A program made the translations under genes and the position numbers. Under the pieces are notes generated by a model. The model saw nothing but the letters and a program-made list of their open reading frames with translations. It had not been told where the DNA came from and ran no database searches. 64,000 nucleotides of DNA from Octopus sinensis (lineage: Eukaryota): the NCBI RefSeq assembly GCF_006345805.1, contig NC_043015.1, forward strand, positions 27,466,001 to 27,530,000, given 5' to 3'. This document shows, one piece after another, positions 21,502 to 36,471 of this stretch. Position 1 is the stretch's first letter; every line of letters begins with the position of its first letter.

Positions 21502-23009
21502 TGAGATTACATTTATTCATCACTATAACTTTTATTGAAAATACTAATCAGTGAAGGAAATGTGTCTTGCTGTTTATCAGAATTGTTCTAACACTATTTC
21601 CTTCTCTTGCAACACAAATTGAAATTACATTCACAGACTTTCTTTCTTTTTCAATTTAAAACCACTTTCCAAGATGCAATACTTAAGCTATAAAATGAAA
21701 ATAAACATTAAACATCTACAAAATTTGAAATTGCAACTCTATAGACACTTCAGTATTCTTCCACTATCAAATTCACACATTGTAAAGTACATAAAATACA
21801 ATATGATTGCTATAGTGAAAGAACACCTTTAAAAATGTAGCAAAGTTGCAAAAAGATCCACTAAATATTTTTTTTCACCTCTGAGAACCTAATAGGAAAA
21901 AAGTATTATATTTCCCAAAAGATAAATTGTATAGATAATGTTGAAGGTGAGCATATAAAAAAGATACTACCAAAATATATATGATTAGAAAGATGGATTA
22001 TCAAATTGTTGCATAGTAAGTGAGAAAGCTGACAACATGCTAGATTGTATTCTGCTATCCAATCAACAATTGTTAATGTTGACTGCTGTGATTGCAACTC
22101 TCCTGTGTTAGGTTATGCTTTGCTAGAGAACATTGATCAATGCCAAACATCGGAGTTAATACTGTTTCCATTAACAAGATTTGGTGTGAAAGCATTCCTC
22201 TTGTGGCTTTCTCTAACTACAACTTAATGCCCATTTTTATATCAATGTTGGTAGTCCACCAAAATAAACCCCCTGTGGGAATAGACTTACTTAAGTGATT
22301 TTTATATAGCTGTGATAAGCTAGAAAATACTTTCAACATACTGCAGCTTTTTCTGTTGCAGTTGATATTTCTAGTCTATTGTTATCAAAATAACTATAAT
22401 CTGTTAGTTCTGAATAAATTATCAAACAGAAAAGAGGGAAAAAATTATAATTAAGCAATAACAGTTTCTATATCAGCTAATCAAATGCTTTTGGATCTGT
22501 TTGTTTCTTTTTTTCTCAAATATATTCAATTTCATGCTGGTATTTACATGGCTGTAAAGCTTTGAAATAATAATATCTTATTTGTGTCACAAGGGCACTG
22601 ATTTATACAGTGTGTCAATAATTGAAGCCACTATACAGTTATTTTATTTGCTAATAATATAAGCCAAACCGCCATCAAATTACCCCCTGCTGTCTTAAAA
22701 ATAGATAAGTATCTCTTCATACCCAGCTTTAAAAGCTAAATAAAACCAGATGGCATGGCTAGGATACCTTTACTCATAAGTTTGTTGATGAAAGTAGGGT
22801 TAATTATCAACAAAGGCTCCTCTTCCCTAAACATACTTGCATGTATACATACACATACTTAGTTACACATATCCATACATATATACATGCATGCATTTTT
22901 GTACATATGCTTGTATGTATGTATGTATGTAAGTATGTATGTATGTATGTATTTATGTATGTACTGTTCTGACCTTGTCTACAGAATTTATATTTTTCTG
23001 TCCAAATGA

Positions 23010-23865
23010 TTTTGAAGACTGTTGAATAAATGGTAATCAAATGGGGCAATGTCTGGTTAATATGGTGGGTACGGTATCATTTTCCATTCAAGCTGCTCAA
23101 GCCTTTGAAATGTCATCCTCACTATATGTGGCCGAGCATTATCCTGATGAAAGAACACCCTTTGTCATGAAACCAAAGATGGTTGCTTTTCTTCTAGTGC
23201 TGACTCAAGCTGCTCACAGTAGATCTCCTCTGTTATCGTTTGGTTTGAGTTTAAGAGTTCAAAGTGGACTAAACCTTTCATATCCCACCAAACAGATAAC
23301 AACACCTTACGTGGGTGAATACATTTTTTAGCCTGGGGTGCTGGTGTTTCTCCTTTCCCTATCCACTGTTTTCAGCACTTGGCATTTTTATAGAGAACCT
23401 ATTTCTCATCACCAGTCACTATTCAGTAAAAAAAAAACTCATTTGTGAGATGTGACAGCAAAGAAGAGCACACATTCACTCCCTGCATGCAATTAGACTT
23501 GGAAAGTTTGTGAGGAACCCATTGACTCAATTTTCTACCTTCTCTGATGGCATGCAGATGTCGATGAATGGTTGAATGACCAAATCCAAGCCTGTCTGCT
23601 AGTTCAACAGTTACGATTGGATTTTGTTCCACCAGGGTTTGCAGGACATCCTTGTCAAGCTCTATGGATCTTCCAGGATAAAGCTTGTCTTCTAGGCTGT
23701 AGTTTCCAGCTCAGAATTTCTGGAACTACCATTGACACTGGCTTACACTTATTGTCTGATCCCCATAAACTGTATTAATATTCCTCACACTTTCCATTGC
23801 ATTGTTGCCTTTATTGAACTCATAAAGCAAAATATGCCAAATATGCTTCTTTGTCACTTCCATTG
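23010..23865 (-). mobile_element. Degraded mariner copy, same family as 7179-7942
   Basis: ELADRLGFGHSTIHRHLHAI...SQWVPHKL (HTH and WVPHEL motif); sequence shared with 7340-7790. Confidence 0.75.
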
Positions 23866-23884
23866 CTGAGAACTATCTGCATCA

Positions 23885-24395
23885 TCTTGCTATAAAAGCA
23901 GGTAGTAATTATACCTTGTACTTATTCTTATCACAAGTTTTGAAGAGTGCAGTTCGACTTTAACAGTTATCTTTTCAAAGCTATAATGGAAGTGACAAAG
24001 GAACATATTCGGCATATTTAGCTTTATGAGTTCCATCACATACAGTGAGGATGACATTCCAAAGGCTGGAACAGTTTGAATGGGAAACGATGCCTCACCC
24101 ACCATATTCACCAGACATTTCCCCATCTGATTATCATTTATTCTGCAGTCTTCAAAATCATTTGGACAGAAAAAATATGAATTCTGTAGAAAAAGTCAGA
24201 ACAATACTGAAGCAATATTTTTCATCATGGACAAGTGAATTTTGTGAGAGGGCCCTTGCAAGTTTACAAGATAGATGGAAGAGCATTGTAGAAAATGAAA
24301 GAGAGTATATTTTAGATAAAAAAAAAAGTAACTTAATTTTGAAAAATAAAAATAGTATAAAAAATTGAAATTGCATTATTTATGGAATGACAATA
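23885..24395 (+). mobile_element. Internally deleted mariner copy, head-to-head with the previous copy
   Basis: PHPPYSPDISPSDYHLFCSLQN (YSPDLAP-D motif). The 5' region 23890-24030 is joined directly to the C-terminal coding part. The 3' TIR-like GCATTATTTATGGAATGACAATA ends at 24395. Confidence 0.8.
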
Positions 24396-25689
24396 TAAAG
24401 CAAGGTGTGATATTATTCTACACATTGTTAAATGCATTAACTTAGAGAACAAGACAACCACTAGAGAGATTAGTGATTTCTTTTTATTTAAAATATACTT
24501 TGTATAATAAGTCACACCTTATAATTTTGTATCTGTGTCTGTTCCTACCAGTTTTGTTATTTTTGTGAAATAATTATCCAATTATTTTTTAATAACCTTA
24601 CTTTATCCAATTCTAAAATGTCTTTTTATTTTGAACATGCTCTCTATGACTGTTCATTTCATATTTATCACTGTGTTCACTGTCTGAAAGTATGTCATTT
24701 CTTGGTTTCTCATTTGGACAGATTATCGTCAACACATATTTCTTGAACATCTTATTTTGTAAAATTTCATTATTCCAATTCCTTTTTCTACACTAATTTT
24801 TCAACAGCTAAAGGAGAGCAATGCCTAGTTTCCAACTTCTTCAACTGTAAACAACTTATGTATTTAATATAAAGGTAAAATATTATGTCCCAAACATAAT
24901 TTGAAATCTAAAGCAGTATTATTTTAAATTTATTGAGTTAGACTTTAAGTTTTACATTCTATGTATTTCACTTATTTACTGTTCAATTGAAATTATTATT
25001 TATTTATTTATTACTATAACATAACACAAAAGACCATAGCATTTAATGTTTCAGTCAAAATACATTTTGGTGAACTTACTTTAAATTTACTTTTTAATAA
25101 AATCTTATTTATTATTTATTTCAGCATACTGCTCTTCAATGAAAATAATGAACCATTTTTCAGTCTTTAGTTTAGATTTTCATTACCCATTACTTGAATG
25201 AATATTCAAAGGGGATAAAATGTTTACTCATAGATTCATAACTTAGATAAATTTTCCAAATAAATTTATCAAAAAAAAAAAAAAAAAGAAAAAGAAATTA
25301 ATATGAATCATTTATCACCAGGGAATTCCTTTAATTTTGCTTGGAAAAAAATTGTAAATATGTTGAAGCAAGTAGTTTTTAGTTATTTTTAAATAAAAAT
25401 TTTACTCTGAAACATTGATTTACTTTAAATCTGACAGAAAAAAGTTGTATTTTGCATAATCTACATTTTATTTATTTATTTATTTGGTTCTTATTTTGAT
25501 ATACAAAAACATTTAGTCACACATCAACTCATACTCATAGATGAATATACTTATTTTACATGTACATACATATATCTATATGTACCATCAAAGATTTTAA
25601 AATATTCTTTGATTTAAATGGATGTATTTTGATTTTATATCTTAAATATGCAAATGCTAGTGTTAAAGAGAAATTCATGATAACATTAG

Positions 25690-25723
<34 letters not shown>

Positions 25724-28429
25724 GGTGGTGGTGGTGGTAGTGGTGGCGGTGGCGGCGGTGGCAGTGGCAGCAGTGGTGGTGAGGAAGGCAGCAGCAACAG
25801 TGGCTCTGGCAGCAGTAGTGGTTAGAGCAGTAATGGTGACGTTGGCAGTGGTGGTGACAGCAAGGACAATGACAATGACGATGATAAAGATATTAATAAT
25901 ATTAAGAAGCATCTGGAAGTAGAGGCATTGTGACCATCATTAATTGAAGTAGATACATGTATTGCTAGATAGAAAAGGACAAGAAGGGTTTGTGAAAAGG
26001 ATGGTATCTCTTATAATTAGTTCATATTGAAGAGGTGGATTACATGAATGTTATAATAAGATGCAGGTGTAACTGGCACTAATACCTGAGGTGATACACA
26101 GAAATAAGTGACTAGAGATGAAATTAATTTTATTTGTTGTTTAATTTTTTTTTATTTATATTTTTATATATATTCTTAGAAAAGTTAGCATCCTCATCTT
26201 CATCTTCATCAGTGTTGCTGTTGTTATCATCACCATCATTTTTGCTTCCCTATCCTCATATCATTTCCTCAATTCCCCTTTCTGTCTCCTACTCTTCTTT
26301 CTTCTTTTTTATTAATGTCATCATTATCCTCAATGCTGTTGTCATCACCATCATCATCAGGTCTCCTATATAAATTTTCAACCAATTTAAATTTAGCTCT
26401 TTTGTTTATTTCAGTTCCTTTATGTCAGTCAAAACTACAGCTAAGATTTATTTCCTTTCATCAGACTGGCAATTTCATAGCTATTGGTGTCTGTCAAAGA
26501 AATTAGATAAGCATCTCAGCAAAAGAAGTTGGTAACAGGGTTTTGTCTCCTAATTGAAGCTATTTCAGGTCACTGCCATCATTATTATCTTCAGAAGAAA
26601 GAGTTAGAAAAAAATACATGAAACTCACCCAATATTATTTTGCCACTTTTTCTATCACAATATCTTATAAATATGTAAGAAATCAATTTATAATACTTAT
26701 TTAGATGGATAAACAACCATCCAGGATTGTACATACTTCCTCAATCTACAAAAATTTGATAGTTCAGTGGATGGAAGGGTGGTTGAGAAAATGAAACACA
26801 GAACTGAATACTTTTACTGTGCGTAGTTTGCTATCTCGCTGATCTTACTTCACATTCTACTATGATTCATTATATAAGGTATCTATAATAGTCACAGCTG
26901 TTGCTGTCTAGTCAAGAAGTTTGTTTTACAATCACATGCTTTCAGGTTTGATCTTACTGCTTCACAACTTGGACAAGTATCTTCAGCCCTAGCCTCAGAC
27001 CAACCAAAATTTTGTGAGTGAAAGGTAGTAGAAAGAAACTGTGTAGAGGCTGTATAGAGAAAATATTCCCATTCTCGGGTGGTAGACTTAATCCACTGGC
27101 CTGTTTAACACCACTACCTGACCTTTAGGAGCTTTTAGCAGAGTCCACTACGTTGCAGGCATTTGAAAAAAAACTTCCTTCTTTTCTCCCACAGTCATGA
27201 AAGCTCTGAAAAGGGTTCCGAGTGCTTTGTTTCCTCTTTCAATTGAACATTTGAAAAACAATGTAACAAAGTACAATATTCAACCATACATCTTTCTTTG
27301 TCAAAAATTAACCTTCTCACTAATGAGAAGAAAAAAAGCTACTATATGATAAATCCCATTTCTACCCAGTTACAGCTGGTTGTATCCATGGAATGTTGGA
27401 ACATCCCTCAGTATTGCATCACCAGTTAGTTAACTCACAAACAGTTTAAACATTAATCAAACATGTATGAATAAAACATACTGTAAACAAAAGCAACACT
27501 AGATAATGTTTTCTGGACCTGTAATATTACTAAGTTCAAGTTATACCATGGAGCCTTGGAGAAGAATAGTTTACTCTACATATAAACCTAACATGAGTTT
27601 AGTTTTCACTTTAGTGATGACCCAATGACTTTGGTAGTTTATGGGACTCACCTCCAATTTTAATCACCACCATATTGTTGAGGAATAATTATCAGTTCAA
27701 TGACTGCAGAAGAAATTGAATAAATTAATGATAATCTGAAATTGTTGAATTTGAATATCATAATATAATGTTAAACTTTTAAAATTTTGAATATTTTTAG
27801 GTGACATGTCAAAAATTTCTCTCTTTCAAACATTCAGATATTTCCATGAGTCAGTGAAGTTAGTTTTTGTAAATTTTTTAATGGTAGAATTCACCTGCTA
27901 ATGCCAACTATTCAATAGTGACAGAAACATAGTGCAAGCTTTTAATTAGTTTGACTTTTTAATTTTGTTTGTTAATCTGTAAAGTAAGTGTTAGTGCTAT
28001 TAATTCTTTCAGTAATTCCCTTCTCTCACTTCAGCGATACAACTGGGAAAAATGAATGTGATTGTTGTTGAGATCTTGTAGTTGATGTCATTTGAACTCT
28101 TATAGCTTAATGGTCAGCAAGTAAATGTGGACAGGAAGGGAATCCTAGAGTGGACATAGTTTAAAAGAGAAGAGCTGAACAAAGTGAAGAGAAACAAGCT
28201 GTCTCTGAAACATTCTCTTTTTTTAACTTCATTGAGTTGATTTTCATTGACACAGATCTCTATTAATCTTTTTGAATTGTAGTGGTTACCTTTGTTTCTT
28301 ATCTGGTTGAGTAGAAAAAAAAATCCTGTGGTGCATGAGAAGAATGTGCACTGAATGTGTTTAGGCAGCAACAGTAGAAGTGGTAGTGTTTGGTTGTAGG
28401 AAGTTACATAGAGATAGCAAATAATGACT

Positions 28430-28640
28430 TAAAATTTTGGCACAAGGCCAGCAAGTTTGGTGGGGGAGGGGTAAATTAATTACACCAACTCCAGTATTTA
28501 ACTGGTACTTATTTTATCTACCCCCAAAAGAATGAAAGACAATGTCAACCTCGGTGGAATTTGAACTCAGAATGTAAGAAAGGATGAAATGCTGCTAAGT
28601 ATTTTGCCAGGTGTGCTAACAATTCTGCCAGTTTGCCATC
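28430..28640 (-). mobile_element. tRNA-derived SINE with a CORE-like central domain (family also at 42655-42830 minus, 42872-43090 plus, 43600-43790 minus)
   Basis: Minus-strand A-box-like TGGCAGAATTGTTAGC, B-box-like GAGTTCAAATTCC, then TTTCATTCTTTTGGGGGTAGATAAAATAAGTACCAG. Confidence 0.65.
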
Positions 28641-28869
28641 TTGGAGATGACAAATATTGAGAAGACATTGCGATTAAGATAAAAGATATAGAGATAGCAC
28701 AGCTTCAGAATAGTGCAGCAGTTAGATTGTGTCAGGTAGAGAGCATTATTGTTTTGGATATTGTTTTCAGTGCAAGGGAGAGAGTATGTGTATTTGTGTC
28801 TGTTTGTGTATGCATGTATGTGTGTGTTTGTGTGTGTGTGTGTGCATGTGCGGTGTGTGTGTGTGTGTG

Positions 28870-28907
<38 letters not shown>

Positions 28908-30849
28908 ATGTGTGTGTGCACGTGTGTGTGCCTACGTTTCTCTTTCTGTGTCAGTATGCAAGAAATTCATCAATGCTTAAGGGTAAGATAATTGCTATGA
29001 AATGATGGTACAGATTTACATGTGATAGAGATAGGTGAAATAAGACTTTTGCATGAGGTTAGTTAGCTTAGACTTTAAAAGATTAAATCATGTACATGAC
29101 ACAGAGCTTAACATGCACTGAAAGGTGCTATATTCAAAACCCCTATGGAAATATGTACATTACAACAGCAGCACTTATAAAGCTAAGGATGTTAATAATA
29201 TTAGTGGTGATGGAGGTAATTGTTTTTGTTTAGCCCCAAGTCAGCTATTACTAAGTAGTACTATTATCGAAAGCATTGCTGTAGTGATCAACCCCTTTTT
29301 TTTATTCTTCCAAGATAATTTATAGTCCTAGAGGACTATATCATCAATGAGATTTCCCTTTTGAAAATGGTAAGGTATGATTTGAAAGAGATTTGGCTTT
29401 TATTTTTAACAGGAAAGCAATCACATGTGGGTTCTTTTGTTGGTTGCTGCTGCTGCTGATGATGATGGTTGGCGGGGATGATTGTTGTGGGGTGGAGGTG
29501 ATGGTAAGAATGCTCATAAGGATGATGTCAGAAATGATAACGAGGATTATGTAATGGCATAGTTTTCAAGCTTTGTACTTTCCTAACATTCAAATAACTC
29601 TTTCATCTCAGCTGATTGAAGTAAGCAGTGTGAATTGTTTTGTTTTGTTTTCTCCCTAATGGTTCATCATAATGCCATAGGCAAAGCTCCTACTTATGAA
29701 CATTAGTGTAAACAGTCCAGAGCGTTAATTATTCAGCCCATCTTTAAAATCTTTAGAATCTTTAGAATCTATAAATCTGATTTTATCACTTTTAAATAGC
29801 ATATATTTTTATCTCTTAAAACATTTAATGTTTCGTATCTCAGAATTTATGAGTGTTTACATTTTTTTCTTTCTTGATGGTGAACTATGAGTATAGAATA
29901 TAAATCATATTTTAACATAAATTTTTAAAGCTTTCTTAATATTCCTTGCTATACAAGTTACACTATATTTTCTGACGTCATAGTTTTATAAAGTGAACGA
30001 CAACAGCACGAAATAAATTCATGGTGTGTAAAATGCAGAGGAAATTTTATTCTAAGAAAATTATATAGTCTCAGTTTATTCAATGATATAAAGTAGATTT
30101 AGTACAGTATTTTTGTTTGGATTTTATTTGAGCATTAAAATACATTAAGTTTGCAAGAATGTCGAATCATCACAGAAATATTTTAAGCCACTGCTGATCA
30201 TAAATGATATAACATACATAAACAGTCTCAAATTATAGCAGTACAAGAGAAAAAGAGAAATTAGAAAAACAAAGGCTTGGTCACGCGGGTAAAAAATTTC
30301 TCTTTGTAACCGTGTTGTTCTGTGTTCAATCTCATTTTGAAGCACTTTAAGAAAGTGTATTATATCACAGTCTCAGTTTAGTCAATGATTTATTATTGAA
30401 TTTGATATATAAAAACTGTGTAAGAGATTATATATATATGTTTCTTATGGGATTTTGTTTAGTTCTTTTACTTGTTGGGGTTGGAGACAGGGGCAGTGAC
30501 CATATATTTTGCAGGACCTCTGAGTTTGTTGAGCTTGATGCTGTTAATATTCTATTTAATCTGTTAAAGGTCCACATCTGCAAGAAAAGAAGAGTTAAGA
30601 GAAGATTTCAGATGGACTATATTCTGGAGAAGAAGAACTGATTATAGTGATTAATATGGTGCTGAGTGGTATTGGATACAACAAGAGTGATAAGAGGTGA
30701 AAAGACAAGTGGATTAGGGGTTCCTGATTCAGAAGGTATAAGAGCAGTCAGCTCTGAAGATGGAAAAGACTGAGGGAGGAGACTGCATGCCTCTGGGTTG
30801 GAGACAGGAGTATGTCCATTAGGGATCACTTGTCAATCAGTTGAGTGAT

Positions 30850-31450
30850 TTTCTCTGAATGCAGCTCAGAATTTCTGTGTGCATATAGGAGGAATAGTCC
30901 ATTGTGGGCTTCATGTGAGTTTAATAAGGTGTCAGTAACTATTGGCATCCAAAATACTTTCTGGCCTCAAAGAGAAAGTATTTTGAGATGTCGTACTAAA
31001 TATGTTATGGCTGTACTTTCACTAGGAGAGATTTTTAGTGATAGTAAGGCCAGCATTTGGTGTGACCATGAGAACTCTGAGTGCCACTCATGTTTAGAGG
31101 GTGTGTACCATAGTGGTGTTTTTTTTTTTTGATATGTGTAGTGCTTAAGCTTTCTTTTGCTGTCAAAAGAGACAAAGTTGGCATGGCCTGACTGAAGGAT
31201 GCCTTCAAAGTTTCCATTCATGATAATGATGCAGCTTTGGCATTTGATGTCTAGGTTGCATGAGAATGATGCATGGTTGAGGAAGATTGTGGAGAAATGA
31301 AGGGTCGTGTCATTAGCATAAGAAAGGGCTTTGTTGGATGTGATACCAAGTAGATGATTAATGCATAGAAGGAAGACAGGAACAAAACCAAATGCTGAGG
31401 AGTATAAGAGTTGAGTGAGAACAGGACAGTAAGAGTTCCATCAATACATG
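30850..31450 (-). mobile_element. Very old non-LTR RT relic (clade uncertain)
   Basis: Eroded similarity to GVPQGSVLxPxLFxxYINDL...YADD (SYTPQHLVLFLSSFYALIIYL...FLMLMT) and to a thumb region; no intact motif. Confidence 0.4.
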
Positions 31451-33822
31451 TCATCATGCAGTAATCTGATGAAAAAAGAAATACAAATCAAAGATTCTGT
31501 TAAATATTACTTATTCCTATTGTAATAGGTTTTGAAAAAAAAAATGAATACAAAAATATTGGTTTCTTTTAACTCAGATTAAATATTATATATTTTAGAA
31601 GAAAAGAGAAGTTTTGATATTTATGTTTTATTTGAAATTAGTGACATAAATAAAGTGAAATGGTTCCTACTGAAAATCACAAGCAATTCTTGAAAATGGA
31701 TTTCAATAAGTTTACTTCTTGCACAACCAAGCTGCTAAATATGTCTAAATTTTGTTTTCTTGGATTGTAGCTCACTTAGAGGAATAAAAACTCAATCTAT
31801 TTTGATAGGCATGAAACAATTTTCAAATTATATTTATTCGCTACACCACATGTTTTACCAGTCCACTGCTGTAATTATGTAATATTATATAGGTCTTGTA
31901 CCCTTGAGCAATGCTTCTAACTCTACTTGTTCCAGTGAACTTAACAAAAAGACAGTTGCAGTCTGTTTCTCAAAACAGAGGATGTGAAAATCTTGTTTTT
32001 ACTCTGAAGAACCCAAAACATTGGATACTCTACACCTCATGCAATTTCATTGTACTCTTTCAATTGCTTTTAACATAAGAACAGATTTCACTCCTACATC
32101 ATAGCTAAATGGTTGGTTATAGGAAAAGCTATGAAAAAATTTAGCCAACAAAAAAATTAAGTAAAGAAAATCCAATCTATACAAGAATTTGAAAAATGGT
32201 TATAAGACAATAAAAAAAATGTATAAAGAAAATTTTTTTAATTTTTGAATACTGAGAGGAGTTGTTAGGATTACAATTGTTCACACTATTAACTCATTTT
32301 TGGGAAAGATAAATTTCTTAAAATTTTCATTTATGTCCAAATATGAAGATAATATTCATAAAGACTACAACCTTAATCTTTATCTGTCAACAGTAGGGCT
32401 GGTAACATATTCTACTGATGATTGCTATGTTTACTGGAGGAAATTACATTTGCTAAAATATCTCCCAAATAGTGCATATTTGAAAACTTTTGATTTGACA
32501 CAGGATGTATATTTTATGCTGTATTCCATATACAAGCCTATAGCAACCTCACTTTTTATTTTCCAGTTGTTAGGTGAATCCATATTAAGAAGTTTCTTTG
32601 AATTTGTCTCAAATCTAGAGTAGTCAGAAAAGAATAGTGTTCAAAGAATTTTAACTTAAAAACTCTGAGACTACCTTACTACTCATCATTTGACTTAAGA
32701 CTTTCTAACCATGACTGCATAATACAGTGCATCTTTCTTTATATTAGATGATATATTGTGATTTGTTCTAGATTTTGCTGCTGTTCATAGCTGTGTAAGC
32801 AATAGCATAGAGGCTCCTATGTTCAGTTGAACATTTATATTTCTCATACAATGATGTGATAAATAAAGTTATTTGAAAGTTTTTGTCCAAATTTCTTTAT
32901 CAAAGTAAATCTAATACCTGTTTTTTACAGCTTGGAGATCTAAAGTAATATAGAGAAATGTACCTAGCTCAGAAAATCACAGTTTAGGATTAGGCAGTAT
33001 CAAACTTTATCCAGTCAATTTGTGAGTTGATGAATTAATGTAGGAAGATGAGCAAATAAGAGTCTCTAAATGGTCTCTCACTCTACTAGAATTAGTAGGC
33101 AAATTCTTTTCAAATAACACTCTACCATCTTAAAAAAGAAATTTATTAAAAAACAAGATATATTAAACAATATAGTTCTAGTTTTGCAAAAAGATGTGAT
33201 GGCTACAGCTGGAATGTCTTTGTTTGCAATTGTTGTTAATCAGAGCTGATCTAGTGCTAAACAACAACATAGAAAGAATTCAGAGGATTGCCTACACTAT
33301 GTTGCATTCACAATTCAGTATATATGAACTGGGAGACTACATACCTTACTCACTCAACTAATTGGACACTCACTTGTTATTGGGTAAATACTGAAGGAAT
33401 ATTTTGCTGACTTTTTTTTATTGTGTCTTAGTTGCTCCTACTTTATAAACTTTTAATGTTAATCATTTGAAGTCATATACAGATGTGTTTTATTAATGTA
33501 AGTTGTGTCCCAAGGTATTTTAAATCCTATATGCTAATCTAAAGAAAATTTGATGCTTAGTGCAAATTGCAAATCAAAATTCACCTATCTCTTTAAATAT
33601 TCTAATAGCCTAATACAGTTTATGGAAATTTAAACATCACTAAACTAACAAATGACAATGTAGAAATGTTAGCATATTCTACATTTCCAGGAGTAATATT
33701 TCACTATTTTTGCTTTTTGTTGAAAATATGTAGTCATTATTTTCATGATGACAAAATAGAAACTCAACAAACCACAGCAACACCGTCATCATCATCATCA
33801 TCGTTTATCATTATTATTATTA

Positions 33823-33855
<33 letters not shown>

Positions 33856-33857
33856 TT

Positions 33858-35990
33858 CATTATCATTTTCTTTCAATTTTGTTTCCATTTCTGACTGAGT
33901 GTCTTCCTGACACCTAGGGCCCAGGAACGCACTGTAACATTAGTAGGCCATTAAAATAAACACCATATTATTCATTTACAAAATTATGTGATAGAAAACA
34001 AAAGGAAGAAAGACAGAGAGAAAAAGGGGAAAATGAAAAATTAAAAAAAGTAAGCAAAGAAAATAGAGGGGAAAAGGTAAAGAAAATTCACAGTGACAAT
34101 ACTCTTCTCAGTACGTGTGACATACCAGTTAAGACAATCTTTCACATTTCCTGCATGTATGGTAAGCCAGGCATCATTCTTAAATAATTTTCAGTTCCAT
34201 TTTTGATCATTCCAAGTGCTCCTACAATCACTGGTACTGTAACTGACTTGAGATACCACATCTTTTTGATTTTGATTAGCAAATTTTTAATATTTTCTGA
34301 GCTTATCAAATTCTTTTGCTGAGATATTATGGTCACAAGGTATGTTCATGTCAATGAGTAAACAGACTTTATTGTTTTGATCTTTTACAACAATATTTGG
34401 TTTATTTGCTTTGATGGTCCAGTCTGTACATAGTGGAAAGTTCCCAAGGGTAGTTACATTTTCTCCCTCAGTTACAGCCTCAGGGTGGTGCTTATACCAT
34501 TTGTCAGCAGTTTTGATTTTATAATGCCAACACATTATCCAATGTAGATATTGGCCAACTCTATCATATCTTGATTTGTATTGTAGAAGTGCTAAAACCT
34601 TACACCCAGAGATTAGGTGATCCACTGTTTCAATCCCATATTTGCAGTATTGGCATTTTGGGTCTGCACTATTTTTTATTATATTGGCTTGATAGTTACA
34701 CGTCAATAAGCTCTGATCTTGAGCAGCCAAGATCAAGCCTTAACTCTCTGCCTTTAGCCCTGAGCTCCATAGCCACTGATGGGTGTGCTTCTGGTCTACA
34801 GCAGCTTGTTTGCTATGGGTCACATATTTGTCATGTTCCCACCTATCAGCCAATTGTTCAAGTACATTTTGCTTTGCTATTGGTTTCACTTTCTTTGCAA
34901 CTACAGTTGCTGCATTTCCCACATGCTGTTCAACCTAGGTATTATGCATAAACTCACTTGAAAATTTTTTACTCTCCTTCATAACAGAATGAAGCTTCTT
35001 ACATCTTTCACGGTTTTCAACAAGCTTTAGCATCCAATCATTAGACGTTTCAAGATATTTTGCCAGTCCAGTTGTGGTGGTTTTGTAGGAGATTTCAAAT
35101 TGGATCAAGCTTCGACCTCCTTGAGCTATGGGTAGGTAAAGATGATCTGCATCTGCCTTTGCATGGTGCATCTTATTGCAAGTCAGCAGCTTACAGATTT
35201 TCCTGTCAATCTTCCTTATTTCATTCATATTCCAGTTCAACACATTGTAACTGTAAATAACAACCAGAACCACCAAGCAATTTATAGCTAACACCTTGTT
35301 ACATGCATTTAACTCAGATTTTAGGACTGTTCGAAATCTCCTGTAACATTCCTTCCTGATCTTCTCCTTTATGCTTGCATGCTGAATGCCAGAGCCCTCA
35401 TTTACCCCAAGGTATTTGTAAGTTTGTTCCTGCTCAAGTTCTTTTATGACTGTGTCATCATCCAACACCACTGAATGGGAAGTCTTCAATTTCCCTTTCT
35501 AGAAAGTGGCCTTGGCACATTTATCAAGACCAGATTCCATCCTGATGTCATCACCAAATCTTTTCACAGTACATAGTAGTCCTTCAAGCTTATTATCGTC
35601 TGTACCAAAGAGTTTTAAGTTATCCACATAAAATAGATGACTTATTTTCTTGCCGCCAATTTTATATTTATAACCTGTTCTTTTAGGGTTATGCAAAAAA
35701 TTAAAGATGAAAGTGAATCAACTTGGAAAATGCTGCAGCTGATATTAATATTTTCTGTGGTCAGTACTCCATTGAGTGGTATAGTTGGAGATTTGTATTC
35801 CACACTGACCTGTTGTGCTTCAGGAAGTTTGAGATCACGGGAGAAATTTTGAAGATATCCAGCGATTCCAAGTTCCATGAATGCAGTATGCAGTCAAAGT
35901 CCTTTTTATAACCAGTCCATGCAGAATTGCTGCATTTGTTATGACAGTTCTCAAGGATCACACAGTTGATTAAGAGTTGGTCTTTGCACT
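33858..35990 (-). mobile_element. R4/Dong-like RLE non-LTR retrotransposon, 5'-truncated and frameshifted, ending in (TAA)n
   Basis: CKDQLLIN..ILE...GYKKDFDCILHSW; ISHLFYVDNLKL (RT, D to N); TYKYLGV; CCHC knuckle CQYC..ETVDHLISGC; RLE ANKPNIVVKD..LLIDMNIP..KEFDKLRKY; VPVIVGALG. The 3' UTR runs into (TAA)n at ~33800-33857. Confidence 0.85.
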
Positions 35991-36009
35991 CATATGAGCT
36001 TTGTCAGCA

Positions 36010-36330
36010 TCCTTATTATTGTTGTTGATGTTGTTCTTTTTAACTCAAACTCTGTAGGAACTACTGGAGTCTTGCATGCATAGCAAGCTTGCTGCTTGCA
36101 GCCTATGGTACCATGCTATTCATTCTTTTCAGCTATCTAATAGTTGCCTGAGTATTCTGGCTATGCCAAGGAGGCAAACCTTTTGTAACAGTTCTACTCG
36201 GCACTCTATTCCAATTTCCTTCATATTCCTGTTGATGCCTTCTGCTACTGTTCCCAAGGACCCAACAATAATTGGCACTAACTTCACCTTCTTCATTTTC
36301 CATCGGTGGGCTATTTTATAATTAAGAGGG
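36010..36330 (-). mobile_element. 3'-end fragment of a second R4-like family
   Basis: RWKMKKVKLVPIIVGSLGTV...ELLQKVCLLGIARILR plus 3' UTR; same family as 40590-40880. Confidence 0.75.
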
Positions 36331-36471
36331 TTGTATCTATCTATCTTTTTGCCTTCCTTCTTGACTATTCATGGGTCAAAAGTATATGTGGTGCACTTTG
36401 TCCATCACCACTAGGTCTGCTCTGTTATGCTCTAGCACCTGATCTATTTAAAATAATAATAATAATAATAA

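Noticed and set aside
25556-25922. 118-120 aa Thr/Ala or Val/Met-rich ORFs
   Set aside because: They arise from degenerate (GAT)n/(GGT)n/(GCA)n trinucleotide tracts.
32553-32614. 62-nt minus-strand exon candidate (FETNSKKLLNMDSPNNWKIK)
   Set aside because: Splice signals are plausible, but it is too short and unrecognisable to support without transcript data.
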